Shown here one piece after another: positions 30,440-32,556 of a stretch of 32,556 bases of DNA. The stretch's first letter is position 1, and every line of letters starts with the position of its first letter. Made by a program: the position numbers and the translations under genes. Under the pieces are notes generated by a model. The model did not search any database. It was not told the DNA's origin and saw only the letters and a list, made by a program, of their open reading frames with translations. Origin of the DNA: Christensenella sp. UBA1262 (GTDB lineage Bacteria > Bacillota > Clostridia > Christensenellales > CAG-917); assembly GCA_002308215.1 (NCBI GenBank), contig DBVO01000023.1:40754-73309 (forward strand), read 5' to 3'.

Positions 30440-31507
30440 ATGGCAGAACCAAAAGTAAATACAGCTGGGGTTATCAAATGTAAATCATGTGGGGCGGATA
30501 TGGTATTCGACCCAGAATCTCAACAACTTAGATGCCCATACTGTGATATAACAAGAGATATTGAGAGACGTGTTCCACATATCCGTGATTTTGAAAGCGA
30601 ACGACATGCTGGAGAAGTTGCAATTGACGGTGATATCTATAAATGTCCAAACTGTGGTGGAGAAAGCGAAATACAAGGCTTTTCAACGGCAGTTAGTTGT
30701 CCTTTCTGTGGGGGCACTAATGTTGTAAAACTTGAAGATATGAAAGGTCTCAAACCAGATAGTGTGCTTCCATTTGCGCTTACTAAAGATACCGCAGTTC
30801 AAGCAGGACAAAAGTGGATTAAGAAGAGATTCTTTGCTCCAAGCAAATTAAAAAAGAATTTCACTGTTGATAAGTTCAATGGTGTTTATATCCCATCTTT
30901 TGCATTTGATTCAGACACCGCTTCAACTTATGATGGACGTTTTGGTACAGATAAAACTCGTACAGTTCAAACGAAAGATGGCCCAAAGACAGAACATTAT
31001 ATTGAATGGTATCATGTAAGTGGCAAGTGGAATAGATTTTTTGAGAATACAATGGTAGAAGCTTCTACGCAAATCCATCAGGGTGAACTAAATAAGATTT
31101 TGCCATATGACATGAATAATGCAACGGCATATTCAAGAGAATTTCTTGCCGGTTTCTCTGCAGAGCGTTATAACACATCTCTTGATGACTCATTTGGTAC
31201 AGCAAAGAGTGAGATGGATAGTGTAATTAGAAATGAGATCACTAGACATTACAACCCTGATCATGTAGATTATCTTCATGTTTCAACTGTGTTCTCAAAT
31301 GTTAAATTCCGTTATACATTACTTCCACTATGGATTTGCGGATACAAGTTTAAAGAAAAGTTATATCGTTTCTTAGTGAACGCAAGAACAGGAAAGGCAA
31401 CTGGAACGGCTCCTAAGTCACCAGGAAAGATTGCCCTTGTTGTGCTCTTTATACTTGCTATTATTGCAGCAATTGCCGCAATAGCAATATTTGGTGGAAA
31501 CCAATAA
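30440..31507 (+). CDS. YdjG-like protein: two N-terminal zinc ribbons, central domain, C-terminal transmembrane anchor
   Basis: 355-codon ORF starting 6 nt after the upstream stop with no separate SD, which suggests translational coupling. Zinc ribbons: CKSCGADMVFDPESQQLRCPYC and CPNCGGESEIQGFSTAVSCPFCGG. C-terminal TM helix: IALVVLFILAIIAAIAAIAIFGG. Size and layout match what I recall for B. subtilis YdjG (partner of YdjI); this is not verified by alignment. Confidence 0.6.
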   Translation: MAEPKVNTAGVIKCKSCGADMVFDPESQQLRCPYCDITRDIERRVPHIRDFESERHAGEVAIDGDIYKCPNCGGESEIQGFSTAVSCPFCGGTNVVKLEDMKGLKPDSVLPFALTKDTAVQAGQKWIKKRFFAPSKLKKNFTVDKFNGVYIPSFAFDSDTASTYDGRFGTDKTRTVQTKDGPKTEHYIEWYHVSGKWNRFFENTMVEASTQIHQGELNKILPYDMNNATAYSREFLAGFSAERYNTSLDDSFGTAKSEMDSVIRNEITRHYNPDHVDYLHVSTVFSNVKFRYTLLPLWICGYKFKEKLYRFLVNARTGKATGTAPKSPGKIALVVLFILAIIAAIAAIAIFGGNQ

Positions 31508-31561
31508 CCTTGTGGCAAGGTAATGCCACACCAATATGATTATAATTTGGAGGATTTATAT

Positions 31562-31762
31562 ATGATTACAAAGGATATGCTAATTATTGATATATTAAAT
31601 CAAGAAAAAGCAAATGACCTTGCAGAAGTTCTTTTTGAGAGTGGAATGCATTGCCTTGGTTGTCTCGCAGCACATGGCGAAACTCTTGAACAAGCAGCAG
31701 CAGTGCATGGCATTGACCCAGATGAATTAGTCGCACGTCTTAATGAAGTTTTGAACGCATAA
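31562..31762 (+). CDS. DUF1858 / hybrid-cluster-protein-associated redox disulfide domain protein (66 aa)
   Basis: ATG 31562 lies 7 nt after GGAGGA (31549-31554) and is preferred to the track start at 31523. The sequence [12 protein letters not shown]...[32 protein letters not shown] contains the C-x-x-C motif and the typical ...TLEEAA..HGID.. tail of this small-protein family. Confidence 0.7.
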   Translation: MITKDMLIIDILNQEKANDLAEVLFESGMHCLGCLAAHGETLEQAAAVHGIDPDELVARLNEVLNA

Positions 31763-31783
31763 GAGTGGATTAACAGAATAATT

Positions 31784-31819
31784 AAAAGCCCGTCTTATTG
31801 ACGGGCTTTAATTTTATTT
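31784..31819. terminator. Bidirectional intrinsic terminator shared by the DUF1858 gene (+) and adenine deaminase (-)
   Basis: AAAA-GCCCGTC-TTATT-GACGGGC-TTTAATTTTATTT has a 7-bp GC-rich stem (31788-31794 / 31800-31806) and a 5-nt loop. A-rich sequence lies 5' and T-rich sequence lies 3' on both strands. Confidence 0.85.
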
Positions 31820-31826
31820 CAAAGAA

Positions 31827-32556
31827 TTATTCAACGATTGGACTAACAAATTTAAAGGTTCTGCAATCTACTAGTCCGCGGTTGGTTAGGCGAAGTTCAG
31901 GTAAACAAGCGAGAGGAATTATTGACATTGTCATAAATGGGGAAGGAAGAGTTGACCCCATATCTTGCCAAGCCTTTTCGAGATTTGAAACGGCTACTAC
32001 CATTTCATCAAGCGGCTTGTCACTCATAAGCCCAGCAATAGGAAGTGGAACTTCTCCAAGTATCTCACCATTTCTAACAGCGATCATGCCACCGCCTACA
32101 CGAATCAATTCATTTGCGGCAAGTACCATATCTTCATCATTTGTACCAACAACCAGCAGATTGTGAGCATCATGTGATACTGTTTGAGCCAATGCACCTT
32201 CTTTTATGCCAAATCCCTTTAGGAAGCCATACCCACGTGTGCCTGTTTCGTGATGCCTTTCAAAAACAAATGCTTTTAAAATGTCTTGAGAAGAATCTGC
32301 TTGAATTTTCCCATCTTTAACAGGAAGGGTCGCAAAACGTTCAATTGTGCTTGTTTTACCACCTATTGCTTCAATAACGCGTACATTAACATTGTTTCCA
32401 TCGTGCTTTATCTCAAAGTCTTTAAGAGATAGAGGAGAAAGATGAACTGAGTGTGTCGCATTATCTGGATATACATAAGATTCCCATTTTGCTATGGTAT
32501 TACCATTTTCTGCTACTAAATCTCCGTCAATCCAAACTTTTGTTACGTGACATGTG
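31827..32556 (-). CDS. ade: Adenine deaminase, C-terminal part (5' end lies beyond the window)
   Basis: The minus-strand frame stays open from the window edge (32556) to TAA at 31829-31827. Hand translation upstream of the track start gives ...KAFVFERHHETGTRGYGFLKGFGIKEGALAQTVSHDAHNLLVVGTNDEDMVLAANELIRVGGGMIAVRNGEILGEVPLPIAGLMSD..., the conserved C-terminal half of adenine deaminases. The TTG at 32192 in the ORF track is an internal Leu, not the start. Confidence 0.85.
   Translation of the reverse strand, partial: TCHVTKVWIDGDLVAENGNTIAKWESYVYPDNATHSVHLSPLSLKDFEIKHDGNNVNVRVIEAIGGKTSTIERFATLPVKDGKIQADSSQDILKAFVFERHHETGTRGYGFLKGFGIKEGALAQTVSHDAHNLLVVGTNDEDMVLAANELIRVGGGMIAVRNGEILGEVPLPIAGLMSDKPLDEMVVAVSNLEKAWQDMGSTLPSPFMTMSIIPLACLPELRLTNRGLVDCRTFKFVSPIVE

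Noticed and set aside
30430-30441. Perfect 12-bp palindrome ATAACGCGTTAT spanning the ydjI-like stop codon and the ydjG-like start codon
   Set aside because: Palindromes with 6-bp arms are expected several times by chance in 32 kb. With no loop it cannot form a meaningful hairpin. It is noted only as a curiosity at a translationally coupled junction.
29702-31518. Antisense or out-of-frame ORFs within the ydjI-like and ydjG-like genes (29702..30043 -, 29745..29936 +, 30101..30379 -, 30485..30676 -, 31312..31518 -)
   Set aside because: They are embedded in CDSs with clear family signatures. Their translations are Cys/Phe/Leu-rich nonsense typical of shadow frames.
31511-31546. 7-bp hairpin TGTGGCA-AGGTAA-TGCCACA (31511-31530) followed by TATAAT (31541-31546), considered as a terminator plus internal promoter
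   Set aside because: The stem is short with no U-tract. A transcript started from this -10 would begin at or inside the SD (31549-31554). The motif level is consistent with chance in AT-rich DNA.
31523-31561. Longer start (31523, [13 protein letters not shown]...) for the DUF1858 gene
   Set aside because: It has no SD. ATG 31562 has GGAGGA at optimal spacing and gives the usual ~66-aa size of this family.
31798-32320. Plus-strand ORFs 31798..32166 and 32114..32320
   Set aside because: They are antisense to the adenine deaminase CDS, whose translation is unmistakable. The first also starts inside the terminator hairpin.
1-32556. Alternative genetic code or stop-codon reassignment as the explanation for the huge ORF
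   Set aside because: TGA terminates the DUF1624 gene, TAG the first gene, and TAA several others, all at positions followed by terminators or the next start. TGG encodes Trp at conserved positions. The standard bacterial code explains everything.
1-32556. Mobile elements, prophage, CRISPR arrays, tRNA/rRNA genes, toxin-antitoxin or known defence systems
   Set aside because: I found no transposase, integrase or recombinase-like ORFs, no terminal inverted repeats, no regularly spaced direct repeats, and no cloverleaf-like or rRNA-like segments. The intergenic space is small and accounted for by promoters and terminators.

Overview
AT-rich chromosomal segment in the style of Bacillota (Firmicutes): GGAGG-type Shine-Dalgarno sites, TGn-extended -10 promoters, stem-loop plus U-tract terminators. 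The code is standard, since TAG, TAA and TGA all terminate flanking genes. About 78% of the window is one uninterrupted ORF, 3923..29206 (+), 25,284 nt = 8,427 codons (roughly 0.9 MDa by rough estimate). It begins with a textbook lipoprotein signal peptide (lipobox LAAC). Its first ~5,700 residues form 13-14 extremely diverged modules. Each module is closed by a recognisable junction cassette: an S-x-L-x-I-E-I strand, LGLYY, G-x-LYID, K-I-x-V-x-x-x-D-L-x-x-L-L, an acidic Ala-rich hinge such as SSDALAADDE, then a strand-turn-helix element. A unique ~570-aa region follows, then a C-terminal array of roughly 15-17 Ig-like units of the Big_4 type. No C-terminal sorting signal is present, so the protein would be tethered by its N-terminal lipid with the Ig-like array projecting outward. 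I do not recognise the module family; this gene is the candidate novel system. Immediately downstream and co-directional, separated only by a 10-bp hairpin without a U-tract, lie three genes: a YdjI-type SPFH protein with three C-terminal zinc ribbons, a YdjG-like double-zinc-ribbon tail-anchored protein, and a small DUF1858 redox-disulfide protein. The left flank holds a possibly GH127/DUF1680-like cytoplasmic protein and a bPH_2 membrane protein (+), plus a divergently transcribed DUF1624/HGSNAT-like membrane protein that is probably leaderless. The right flank holds the 3' part of adenine deaminase (-), running off the window edge. I saw no rRNA, tRNA, CRISPR array, transposase or integrase. 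All family names come from motif recognition by eye, not from database searches.
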